Part shown: positions 1 through 9,069 of the stretch, in pieces | How the letters are laid out: each line of letters opens with the position of its first letter | Position numbering within the stretch: position 1 is the stretch's first letter | DNA from: Tetramitus jugosus | Taxonomy: Eukaryota; Protista; Heterolobosea | Length of the DNA: 64,000 nucleotides | NCBI GenBank assembly: GCA_937625935.1 | Contig: OW569385.1 | Coordinates: 1 to 64,000 of the forward strand | Direction: 5' to 3' | Notes under the pieces: model-generated | Told to the model about the DNA's origin: nothing | The model's input: the letters and a program-made list of their open reading frames with translations, nothing else | Databases searched by the model: none | Program-made: the position numbers and the translations under genes

Positions 1-831
1 CCAAACCCAAACCCAAACCCAACCCAAACCCAAACCCAAACCCAAACCCAAACCCAAACCCAAACCCAAACCCAAACCCAAACCCAAACCCAAACCCAAA
101 CCCAAACCCAAACCCAAACCCAAACCCAAACCCAAACCCAAACCCAAACCCAAACCCAAACCCAAACCCAAACCCAAACCCAAACCCAAACCCAAACCCA
201 AACCCAAACCCAAACCCAAACCCAAACCCAAACCCAAACCCAAACCCAAACCCAAACCCAAACCCAAACCCAAACCCAAACCCAAACCCAAACCCAAACC
301 CAAACCCAAACCCAAACCCAAACCCAAACCCAAACCCAAACCCAAACCCAAACCCAAACCCAAACCCAAACCCAAACCCAAACCCAAACCCAAACCCAAA
401 CCCAAACCCAAACCCAAACCCAAACCCAAACCCAAACCCAAACCCAAACCCAAACCCAAACCCAAACCCAAACCCAAACCCAAACCCAAACCCAAACCCA
501 AACCCAAACCCAAACCCAAACCCAAACCCAAACCCAAACCCAAACCCAAACCCAAACCCAAACCCAAACCCAAACCCAAACCCAAACCCAAACCCAAACC
601 CAAACCCAAACCCAAACCCAAACCCAAACCCAAACCCAAACCCAAACCCAAACCCAAACCCAAACCCAAACCCAAACCCAAACCCAAACCCAAACCCAAA
701 CCCAAACCCAAACCCAAACCCAAACCCAAACCCAAACCCAAACCCAAACCCAAACCCAAACCCAAACCCAAACCCAAACCCAAACCCAAACCCAAACCCA
801 AACCCAAACCCAAACCCAAACCCAAACCCAA
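1..831 (-). repeat. Telomeric repeat array (TTTGGG)n, read as CCCAAA on the + strand
   Basis: About 830 bp of uninterrupted CCCAAA at the window start, with one CCCAA variant near position 20. The G-rich strand runs 5'->3' toward the end. Confidence 0.97.
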
Positions 832-1051
832 GCTCCACAGACAATTGACCTGAGATGAAATACAGGAAATCATTTCACGGTCCTGGACCGTGAACCTCTC
901 TGTTCGTTGAACCTCAATATCTCCGATCTGATAATAGACTCCAAAAGCCATACAGTTCTTGTCCTATATGTCTTCTTTTTACTCCCTCAACCTATAAGCC
1001 ACAACTCAACCGAATCAATTTTTTTTTTTACACTAAACTGTAAATTTCAAC

Positions 1052-1063
1052 GCTCTGATACCA
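1052..1063 (-). other. tRNA-iMet primer-binding-site-like sequence TGGTATCAGAGC
   Basis: The + strand gctctgatacca is the reverse complement of the canonical iMet PBS of LTR retrotransposons and pararetroviruses. No LTR is recognisable. Confidence 0.45.
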
Positions 1064-1104
1064 AATACAGCAAAATTCTCGGGTTTTCCTTAACAACAAG
1101 ACAG

Positions 1105-1125
1105 ACCCAAACCCAAACCCAACCC
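1105..1125 (-). repeat. Internal telomeric tract 1
   Basis: acccaaacccaaacccaaccc, in the same orientation as the terminal array. Confidence 0.9.
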
Positions 1126-1264
1126 TTGCTCAATGTTTCGAACTTCTTGTCATCAAGACTTACCAAGTCTTTTACTTGTGTGCTGTCTTCCGTGATTATC
1201 TTGTTTGGATCAAGACGAAAAAGAGTCTTCTTTAGCCAAGCAACATTTTTTTGTGTTTCTTTAT

Positions 1265-1618
1265 CTAACCCACTTTGGCGCTCAACTTTTCATACTCTTC
1301 TTGGAGTGCCGAAATTTCTTGATTTTTCTTCATCACAGTGTCCTTGGCCTCTAGTAACTTATTCTGCAGTTGACCGTTGTCAAAGACTTCTTGGTCCAAC
1401 TTTGTTTGGAGTGTCTTGATTGGGTCTTCATTACTGTCATGGAGGTGGAGGCCATCTCCATCTCTAGTGATGATCACAAAGGTTTTTAAAGTGCCGTTGG
1501 TGGTTGGTAGCACTGCCGCCAGAGAAGGAGAAAGAGTGAAAGGGATAGGATTAGTGAGAATTGTTGGTTGGTTGGTCGTTGAGATTGTTTCCATGACTAT
1601 CATTGGGTGCTTGTTCAT
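1265..1618 (-). CDS. Hypothetical coiled-coil protein fragment, possibly a frameshifted pseudogene continuing to the tract at 1125
   Basis: 117-aa ATG ORF with a heptad-like C-terminus. Another frame continues DKETQKNVAWLKK...FETLSK into the telomere tract. Confidence 0.4.
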   Translation of the reverse strand: MNKHPMIVMETISTTNQPTILTNPIPFTLSPSLAAVLPTTNGTLKTFVIITRDGDGLHLHDSNEDPIKTLQTKLDQEVFDNGQLQNKLLEAKDTVMKKNQEISALQEEYEKLSAKVG

Positions 1619-1814
1619 GACATGTTAGTATATTGATGTACTTTCTTGGAGATAGAACGAATACTTACTTACTTTTGTTGGTTCGTTTTTTGATTGATAA
1701 ATGTGTCACTTAGAATTTTAGTGTGTGACCTAAGGAGAACAATTCTGGTCACATGTTCACGTGTTCCCCCCTAAGCATTGGTCCAGGCCGAAACGTGCAC
1801 GTGTGAGGGTAAAA

Positions 1815-2380
1815 TCATTTTTTTGGTGACACGTGCACATGTCTCCAATTTTGATAAATTGTCTCAAAAATGAGCCTCTTAGGTTGGCAATATGTGGTCT
1901 CGTTGGTAGTGATGTTGCAACTCACAACACGACCCTCTTCATTCTGCCGTATCACAACAAGATGAATCGGCCATGACCATACCTGCTGTTGTTGTTGTTG
2001 ATGGTGGTAGTGGTGGTGGTGTTGATAGTGACGTTGTTGCGATTGTGATGGTTGTGACAATGAGATGCAATGACTCATACTATGATTCTGATGATGATTG
2101 TGATGTGAGTGGTGAGTGTTGGGCATTGGTGAAGCAGCAGCAGTAGAAGCGGTTGTCATTGAACGAGGTGTTGTTCCTGCTGTACCATCATCATTATAGA
2201 AGGTGAAGTCAAAGAGGATGCCTTTTGATTCCATTGTAGTTGCTGTGGTGGTAGTGGTGGTGGTGAAGACAATAGAGCAGTGGTTGTTGTCGCCATTGTC
2301 GGTAGTGTAGCAGATGGTGGTAATGGTGATGATGATGATGGCGAAGGTAATGATGACATGAACTGTTGTTGTGGGTTCAT
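1815..2380 (-). pseudogene. Low-complexity (Q/H/S/P-rich) host-type gene split over two overlapping frames
   Basis: ORFs 2156-2380 and 1815-2234 overlap in different frames. Composition resembles the low-complexity N-termini of host genes in this window. Confidence 0.3.
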
Positions 2381-2669
2381 CTCAAATCATGTTCATATCA
2401 AATGATCAAAGCGTCTGTTGTCAGTATGCTAAAAAAATGCAACATCAATAAAATGTCTTACCTTACATTGTTTCTCAAAATCTCATGCCTTTCACTTGAT
2501 TGCGTTTTTGGATTGATTTTTCCGCCATCGTTCACTGTTGCTCAAACCCAGTTCACAGTGTTTTGATGAAACACAAACAAGGTTAAATTGAAGTTGTTCT
2601 TTATTATGAGCTTCAATGATGATCGTTTTTACTATTCAACTGCAGTTATGACATCACAAGGGCTATTAC

Positions 2670-3257
2670 TTACGTAATAACCCAAACCCAAACCCAAACC
2701 CTTACAAATTGAGACAATTGATTTCGGGGAATGTCTTGAAAGAACACATCATGAAGAGCATCATATGATCTTGCTGTTGTTTGGCGGAATACAATTGCAT
2801 AGGTGCAGCACTCTCTAAATACTGTTGATACCTTGGTCACCAGATGAGAGGCGAATATAACAGTGAGATTGTAATGCCTGAATGATGTTGCCAGTTTAGT
2901 GAATACAGCGCTGTTCATGTTGACTTGTCCGGTCATATCGTCGAACACAACAAATGCTGGTCTCGCGGCTTGAGTGACGGGGTCTCTATTCTTGTCTTGA
3001 AGCCTGAATATCGCCTTCAACTTATCATCGGTATATTCGGCGAACACAAATCTAGAGGGAATGTAATCATAATCACCATTAACTTTGCCTGTACAACTGA
3101 ATACAAATCCATACTGAAAGTGCCCTGAATCACATAGCGAAGTAATGATATAACGGATGAGATAGGTCTTGCCCGATCTTGGTGCGGCCGCCAATAGCAC
3201 GACCGATGGAGTGTCGATAATGGGGAGAGGTGTTTTCTGCTGTTTGTTTCTTCTCAT
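2670..3257 (-). pseudogene. A32/FtsK-HerA-type genome packaging ATPase, C-terminally truncated by telomere repeats
   Basis: Walker A AAPRSGKT, Walker B FVVFDDM, A32 motif RHYNLTVIFASH and VFRECCTYAIVF. The true ATG is probably 3257. Confidence 0.88.
2679..2701 (-). repeat. Internal telomeric tract 2, fused into the viral ATPase gene
   Basis: aacccaaacccaaacccaaaccc, translated as VWVWVWV at the ATPase C-terminus. Confidence 0.92.
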
Positions 3258-3280
3258 GCCTATATATGACGTGCAATAAA

Positions 3281-4624
3281 ATGAAGACACCAAAATCAAA
3301 TGAAAACACAACATCAAGGTTGAAACTGGATAAGGCCGAGTTCATGCAGATCTATAAGTTTGTTACTACTGGTGTGGTGCCCCCCGAACTGTCAGTGTCT
3401 CAGCAGAACAGATTCAGGAGGAACTTTGCGGGCTATACCTCTAAGGGCGGTCAGATCTATGATGGGGCGGCCAGGCAGGTGGTGTTTCAGGAAGAAGTGC
3501 GGCCTCTATTGAACCGTCTCTATAATGACCCTGCAACTGGCTTTGTGGGACGCGACAAGATGTACAAACGAATATGTGAAAAGTATGTGGGGGTCTCCAA
3601 GCAAGACGTAATGAACTTCCTGGCGGATCAAGTAACTCATCAAGTTCATGCTCGAAGTGCCCCTCGCCATGTTGTGAAACCTATCATCTCCGCCGCCCCA
3701 AATGAAAGGTGGCAAATTGATTTAATCGACATGAGTTCGACATCATACTGGAATGGTGGGCATACATTTGTTCTCACCTGTATTGACCACGTCAGTAAGT
3801 TTGCATGGGCCGTCCCACTCAAGAATAAGGGGGCTCAAAGTGTAGTTGGGGCTCTTGGGGCGATAGTCGAACAATCTGGGCACAAACCCGGGATACTTCA
3901 GAGTGATAATGGCAAGGAGTTTATCAATTCTGAGATGGCCTCATTCTGTGATGAGCACCGGATCAACCACATTCAGAGTCTGCCATATAAGCCCAACAGT
4001 AATGGTGCGATTGAGAGGTTCAACAAGACACTAAAGGGAATGATCTATAAGTTCTTCACTAATCGTGGCACTAAGATATGGATCAACGCATTGGGCGACC
4101 TCATGAAGAACTATAACTCATCTGTTCATAGTGTCACTGGGTCCACACCTAATCATGTGTATGTTGGGGGCAAGGGTATCAGAGCAGCACGACAGGGGAT
4201 CAAGAAACAGGCGCACAAAATGGTGGGGGCATCAAAGGCGGCCCTCAATGTGGGGCAGTTGGTGAAGAAGGGGTCTCAAGTGAGAATCGCTAACAACACA
4301 AATCCTGATCATAGGAAGAACAGCCTGATGACTAAGAAGTATCTACCTAACTGGTCTAAGGAGGTCTACACAGTGTCAAGCGGAAGAGGATTGGGCCCAT
4401 ACTCATTGCGTGAGTTGCCGAGCAGAGTGTTCTATCGTCAGGATCTGCAACTTGTTATGGGGCTTGAAACAGCAATACAATCAAGCACCGGATCTGATGA
4501 AGTTGTTCATAACCGTGAGAGACAATTGGGAATGGAGGGGGCATCTAGTCAGACAGTTGTTAGATCGCGTAATGACCCTTCTCTGTCTAAGCTGCCACGT
4601 CGCATGAAGAAGGACAACAAATGA
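3281..4624 (+). CDS. Retroviral-like (rve) DDE integrase, Polinton/Maverick type
   Basis: The WQIDLID, LQSDNGKEF and NGAIERFNKTLK catalytic triad is intact. YNSSVHS-TG-TP and PNWSKEVYTV are typical of Polinton integrases. 447 aa from ATG 3281. Confidence 0.93.
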   Translation: MKTPKSNENTTSRLKLDKAEFMQIYKFVTTGVVPPELSVSQQNRFRRNFAGYTSKGGQIYDGAARQVVFQEEVRPLLNRLYNDPATGFVGRDKMYKRICEKYVGVSKQDVMNFLADQVTHQVHARSAPRHVVKPIISAAPNERWQIDLIDMSSTSYWNGGHTFVLTCIDHVSKFAWAVPLKNKGAQSVVGALGAIVEQSGHKPGILQSDNGKEFINSEMASFCDEHRINHIQSLPYKPNSNGAIERFNKTLKGMIYKFFTNRGTKIWINALGDLMKNYNSSVHSVTGSTPNHVYVGGKGIRAARQGIKKQAHKMVGASKAALNVGQLVKKGSQVRIANNTNPDHRKNSLMTKKYLPNWSKEVYTVSSGRGLGPYSLRELPSRVFYRQDLQLVMGLETAIQSSTGSDEVVHNRERQLGMEGASSQTVVRSRNDPSLSKLPRRMKKDNK

Positions 4625-4699
4625 CGTGCTATATAGTCTTGTTATCGAGCAATACCCTTATATATAAGGCCACAGTTATATAGCAATGAATAGAGCATA

Positions 4700-4874
4700 G
4701 TTTCTCGTTAGGCGTGCTCGATAGGTGTGGCCAAGTTGTGAAGTTGAACAGGTCCCGAGAGAATAAGGCGGTTGTTTCATAGGCGTGCTCTACGCTTAAA
4801 ACGGGGGGTTCTAATAATATTAATTACCAGCAAATTCAAAGCGGCCAAAATGAGGTTATTAAGTCGAAATTGGG
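4700..4874 (+). repeat. Viral intergenic repeat, copy 1 (most diverged)
   Basis: Aligns by eye with 8289-8496 (inverted) and 13162-13374 (direct). Contains TAGGCGTGCTC twice and TAATAATATTAATTACCAGCAAA. Confidence 0.9.
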
Positions 4875-4897
4875 CAGCACAAAAAGGAATGTCTTAA

Positions 4898-5941
4898 TTA
4901 TGTACTTCTCAGACCCTTGGGTGTTCTCTTCAACTTGCCCTTTTTTGCCTTTGTGCTGTGAGGGCTTCGTCTCTCGTGCGGGGCCAATTCACCTTGCTGA
5001 TGATACACATAATCTGGGGTGGAATCAAAGTCGAGCACTTTTGAGATAGGTGTTATGGTCTTAGGTGTCCTGGGTGTCCTCTCAGTCACACTCTTGAATC
5101 TCAACGTTGGAGTGTCGATATGTGGTGATGCCAGATGTGGTGATTGAATGGCTGACTTTGGAGGGGTTGCCTTCCGCGCCTTACCTGTAGCAGCTAGTTT
5201 CTTCAACTGCTGGTGATAGAACGACCTATCTCTCTGGAATCTAGTCATGGTGAGTTCATTGTTCAGATAATCCTCAATGGGGCCTTTATCATCATCACTG
5301 TACTTGATGCCGCCCTCCAATACTGCACCATACTTAGCTGCCAATTGACCCATCTCCAGCGGCTCAGTAACATAAACACCAGTTTCGGCACCTTTGTATT
5401 TCAGGGGAATGCCTCGATTCAGCCCATAGTCATATGGATCTGGCAGCTTGATGTCCTCTGGTTTCAGCCCCTTCTGTTGAATCTGCCCATTCCACCCAGC
5501 AATACGTTCATCCTGTAGTTTAGCAAGAGATCTATTAATTGCGGAAGTGATGTCGCCAGATCTTGACTTACTCATTGCCTCACCAACATGACTAGCGATG
5601 TCCTCCGATCTCAGCCTTCTCCCGGAATCAGTATTGAGGAAGAACTGATCAGCCCCGCCATAGTTGCTGCCCAAAACGACAGTATCAAGTAGGACATCAG
5701 CTACACCATCATCATATCCGGCCTTTCGCGCCTTATTCTTTGATTTATCCAGTTTGTAATCATAATAATCGGCCTGCTCATCAAGTTCGGCGTTCTTTCT
5801 GCTTTCTGCGCCTGCCATCTTATAGATATCAGTGATGCCCACATTGTAGATATCATGAATGATGTGCGGCTCTTCATCTTTGTGCTTCTTCTTCTTCATC
5901 TTCTTGTAAGTCTGGTCAATAATCGAGTGGACCTTCTTCAT
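4898..5941 (-). CDS. Viral hypothetical protein with basic T/S-P-rich C-terminus
   Basis: Long ORF inside the element, preceded by the shared promoter-like motif. TTG at 5959 or ATG at 5941 could be the start. Confidence 0.7.
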   Translation of the reverse strand: MKKVHSIIDQTYKKMKKKKHKDEEPHIIHDIYNVGITDIYKMAGAESRKNAELDEQADYYDYKLDKSKNKARKAGYDDGVADVLLDTVVLGSNYGGADQFFLNTDSGRRLRSEDIASHVGEAMSKSRSGDITSAINRSLAKLQDERIAGWNGQIQQKGLKPEDIKLPDPYDYGLNRGIPLKYKGAETGVYVTEPLEMGQLAAKYGAVLEGGIKYSDDDKGPIEDYLNNELTMTRFQRDRSFYHQQLKKLAATGKARKATPPKSAIQSPHLASPHIDTPTLRFKSVTERTPRTPKTITPISKVLDFDSTPDYVYHQQGELAPHERRSPHSTKAKKGKLKRTPKGLRST

Positions 5942-6013
5942 CGTAATGGGCCAAGTCAATGCTATATATGGGGCGCGACAAAAATACGTCTCATTATTTG
6001 ACTTCGTGGCCCC

Positions 6014-6454
6014 TTAAATTCTGATATCAGCCAAATCCTTCTTATGCTTTCTATTCATTGCGTTATCTACAAACTTGGATGGGTATTGCTCCTCAATAAG
6101 GGCAAGTTGTGTTTTGACCCAATTATCGGCGAGTTTAGTTGCCATCAACTTTCTTCTTGTCTCTGGGATTGACGCATCGAGGTCATCGTAGAACTGCGCG
6201 AACATATCTCCGACCTTTGCATTCACATTGTCCTCGATAGCCTGATTACGCTTTGCAACATAGTCCTCTGGTTTCATCAAGGCATGTTGGAGCTTCTTGT
6301 TTCTGTATTCCAGATCATCCAAGCCAAGTACTGCCCCAATGGCTACGGTCGTCCTGGCATCTCCTTTGGTGGGTGTTATTCCCATCAAGCCGACACCTGT
6401 GAGTGAGGAGTCAAGTGAATTAATTGCTAATGACCCGAATGGAACTAATGACAT
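6014..6454 (-). CDS. Viral hypothetical protein (146 aa)
   Basis: ATG at 6454 preceded by TTTTGTG...TATATAC. Confidence 0.7.
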   Translation of the reverse strand: MSLVPFGSLAINSLDSSLTGVGLMGITPTKGDARTTVAIGAVLGLDDLEYRNKKLQHALMKPEDYVAKRNQAIEDNVNAKVGDMFAQFYDDLDASIPETRRKLMATKLADNWVKTQLALIEEQYPSKFVDNAMNRKHKKDLADIRI

Positions 6455-6534
6455 GTTTTCAGTTGTTATGTATATAAGTGCCGCACCACAAAATTCGACA
6501 CAAAAATAATTGACACATATCAGGGTCGAAATAA

Positions 6535-6717
6535 TCACTTCTTCTTGGCCTTCTTGGACCTCTTCTTTGCAGAACCGTGAATCTTAGTGTATTCGACACC
6601 AGCAGCCTTCATTGCTGTGTCCCACTTCTCAGAGGGATGTCGTTTTCTATGTTTCTTGGCTAGGGTGGTTATCTCCTTTCCCATTGAAGCCATTTGTGCT
6701 TTTGTCTTTCGGGGCAT
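6535..6717 (-). CDS. Small lysine-rich protein, candidate DNA-condensing core protein
   Basis: 60 aa and very basic, with the promoter-like motif directly upstream. Lies downstream of the penton. Confidence 0.65.
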   Translation of the reverse strand: MPRKTKAQMASMGKEITTLAKKHRKRHPSEKWDTAMKAAGVEYTKIHGSAKKRSKKAKKK

Positions 6718-6756
6718 TCTATAAGTGGGTCATCACAAAAATATCACTTAATAATT

Positions 6757-7464
6757 CTATTGCATCAGTTCGAACTCAAGGGTGTGATCAAGTCCGTTGA
6801 AATCAATGAGGCGCCCCTTCTCATCAACAAATTCAATGATGAACTCACCGAGTGGAGTATGTGACCCATGGTAGGTGATATCCCTGTGTGACCCCTCCAT
6901 TGTGAGCATGCGGCCAAATGCGACATCATTGTAGATCGCGCCCATTGCAGAAACAATTGGGTTGATATCCCCGGCCATTGTCAGGTTGTTCAGCCTCAAA
7001 TACAAGACTGGGCAAGACGATAAGTTAACCATGTTGGGCGCTGTAACTGAGGTACCGGCAGCTGTGTCTCCATTGAACCCCAATAGTGATGCGGCACTAC
7101 TCGCCCCCCTTATGACAAATGAGGATGCACTTGATATTGTGATGCGCCCAGTTATGGAGTTGTATGAGACAGTCCATGGAGCCCCAGGAACCAGATCAAG
7201 TTGGGCCTTAAGTTCGGTAATCAATGATGAAGTCCCATAGAAGCCCGGTTGCATGTTGACCCCGTAATCTGTCCCTCCAAGCCCCACTATGAGGTTGTTG
7301 TTCCACTGAGTCACGTTGTAGATGCTGTTAGGGATCATGTAGTTGCGGAGTTTGATTGACATTATCCCAGTAATGCCCAAATTCACCCTGTATGAAGCGG
7401 GAGTTGGATATATTGTTTTATCTCGCTGTGATGATGATATTCTGATAATTCTTCGTTGGCACAT
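6757..7464 (-). CDS. Minor capsid protein (penton, single jelly roll)
   Basis: N-terminal IRISSSQRDKTIYPTPASYRVNL...SIKLRNYMIPNSIYNV...NNNL and C-terminal IEFVDEKGRLIDFNGLDHTLEFE match the NCLDV/PLV penton pattern. Confidence 0.85.
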   Translation of the reverse strand: MCQRRIIRISSSQRDKTIYPTPASYRVNLGITGIMSIKLRNYMIPNSIYNVTQWNNNLIVGLGGTDYGVNMQPGFYGTSSLITELKAQLDLVPGAPWTVSYNSITGRITISSASSFVIRGASSAASLLGFNGDTAAGTSVTAPNMVNLSSCPVLYLRLNNLTMAGDINPIVSAMGAIYNDVAFGRMLTMEGSHRDITYHGSHTPLGEFIIEFVDEKGRLIDFNGLDHTLEFELMQ

Positions 7465-7695
7465 TTCCTTGCACTCTATATATAGGCAAGCAGACAATTA
7501 TGTTTCAATTTATCACACGCTTCATAGTCTTCATTATGACCATCTTGTATTATCGCATCATTGGTGCCGCCCCAGTAGCTCAACATCATGACGCCTCTGC
7601 TCTTCAAAAGAAATACGATGACTTGTAAATGTCCTATTGAATTATTAGATCAATTAATATAATTATTAAATTATCAGCCCCCCCACTATTATAGA

Positions 7696-7932
7696 ATGGC
7701 AGAACAAGGTAGACCCAAGAAGGAGAAGACAGAAGAAGAGCAGCTGGCAGCATTGCAGAAGAGAAGAGAGAGCATGTTGAAACATTATTACAAAAACAGA
7801 GACAAGTATAGAGAGGCGGCCAAACAGAGGTATGCACAGAATGCTGAAAAATATAGAGAGGCCGCAAGACAGAGGTATGTGCGAAAAGAGGGTGAGACCA
7901 GAGGACGGCATAGAATAGATGAGAGCGACTAG
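7696..7932 (+). CDS. Small basic helical protein with a KYREAAxQRY repeat, probably DNA binding
   Basis: 78 aa, TATTATAGA-ATG upstream, duplicated motif. Confidence 0.6.
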   Translation: MAEQGRPKKEKTEEEQLAALQKRRESMLKHYYKNRDKYREAAKQRYAQNAEKYREAARQRYVRKEGETRGRHRIDESD

Positions 7933-8246
7933 GTCCTGAACAAGAGATCAACCTCATAATCGATCAACCGCTCATTAATGTGCTCGTCAATGCGCTCGCA
8001 TAGAAGCTCGGCATCAAGATCGCCCTGTTGGAGTGAGGCACGGATATAGATCTTTGACATCCTTCTGAATGTCTCAATTATGACTGTCTTATCGGCATCA
8101 GGAGCACACATTTTTATGGTGTTGTTGAATATCTCTGTCTCATGCGCGATGAAATCGGCCATTAGCCTCTCATGAAGAGTTGGCTGCTTGGGTGGCGGGG
8201 GTTTATATCCATCAAGATTGAGTGGCTTGTTGGGTCTTCTTTTCAT
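7929..8246 (-). CDS. Viral hypothetical protein (105 aa)
   Basis: ATG ORF convergent with the previous gene, with overlapping stop codons. Confidence 0.55.
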   Translation of the reverse strand: MKRRPNKPLNLDGYKPPPPKQPTLHERLMADFIAHETEIFNNTIKMCAPDADKTVIIETFRRMSKIYIRASLQQGDLDAELLCERIDEHINERLIDYEVDLLFRT

Positions 8247-8288
8247 GCTTAATTATTCATTTATCGGCAGACATCTCAAATAGGTATT

Positions 8289-8496
8289 CATTTTGGCCCC
8301 CAATTTCAACTTAATAAGGGTCATTTTTGCTGGTAATTAATATTATTAGAGAACCCTGTTTTAGGTGTAGAGCACGCCTATGAAACAACCGCCTCATTCT
8401 CTCGGGCCCTGTTCAACTTCAAAATTATCCCATATTGATGAGCACGCCTAACGAGAGAATAACAACTTCTATCGGGCCCCATTCATTTCGACCCCA
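8289..8496 (-). repeat. Viral intergenic repeat, copy 2 (inverted)
   Basis: 8321-8404 is the exact reverse complement of 13254-13337 (84 bp). Confidence 0.93.
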
Positions 8497-8961
8497 CTAT
8501 TCATGTGTCAGTGTAATATTATTCGCAGTACAAATCTGTCTTATCAATACCATCTTCTGATCATTGGGGCGCTTACCAAAACAGTGAAGTCGGGCCCTTC
8601 TATCTGACAGGCAGAATCTATATGCGACCAACTGCCCAATTGCGCATTTCCAATCTTTCCAGTACTTAATCTCAATGATTTCATCGGCTGAAACAATATC
8701 GATAAGTCCGGCCTCACACTTCATGGGTCTGCCGCCAGTCTCCTGTTCAAGGCGCAATTGAATATCGAACTCTCTTACACCCATATCTGTTTTGTAGTTG
8801 CAGGGATGTCTGTCAAGATTACATTTGTGGGAGCACACAAAATCGCAATGAGCACACTTGAATGGTTTCAACATCTTGTGAACTGCATCCACATGCTTCA
8901 TCATCGATGCCTTCTGACTAAATACTTTGCTGCACTCTGAACAATGGAACTGCTTTCTCAT
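8497..8961 (-). CDS. C2H2 zinc-finger protein fused to a PD-(D/E)xK-like nuclease domain
   Basis: CSEC...HVDAVH and CAHC...H fingers, followed by GLIDIV-EIIEIK-WK-AIGQL-AY. Confidence 0.75.
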   Translation of the reverse strand: MRKQFHCSECSKVFSQKASMMKHVDAVHKMLKPFKCAHCDFVCSHKCNLDRHPCNYKTDMGVREFDIQLRLEQETGGRPMKCEAGLIDIVSADEIIEIKYWKDWKCAIGQLVAYRFCLSDRRARLHCFGKRPNDQKMVLIRQICTANNITLTHE

Positions 8962-9069
8962 CTCTCGTGGTCTAATTACTTATTTCGATGCCGAACTATA
9001 TTAGGGGTGTCAGAGAAAAGTGGGAGATTAATTAATCAACAGCAATAGTCTGGCGATACCTGTATAGTA

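Noticed and set aside
907-1419. 170-aa plus-strand ORF
   Set aside because: TTG start, crosses an internal telomere tract (QTQTQ) and lies antisense to a better ORF.
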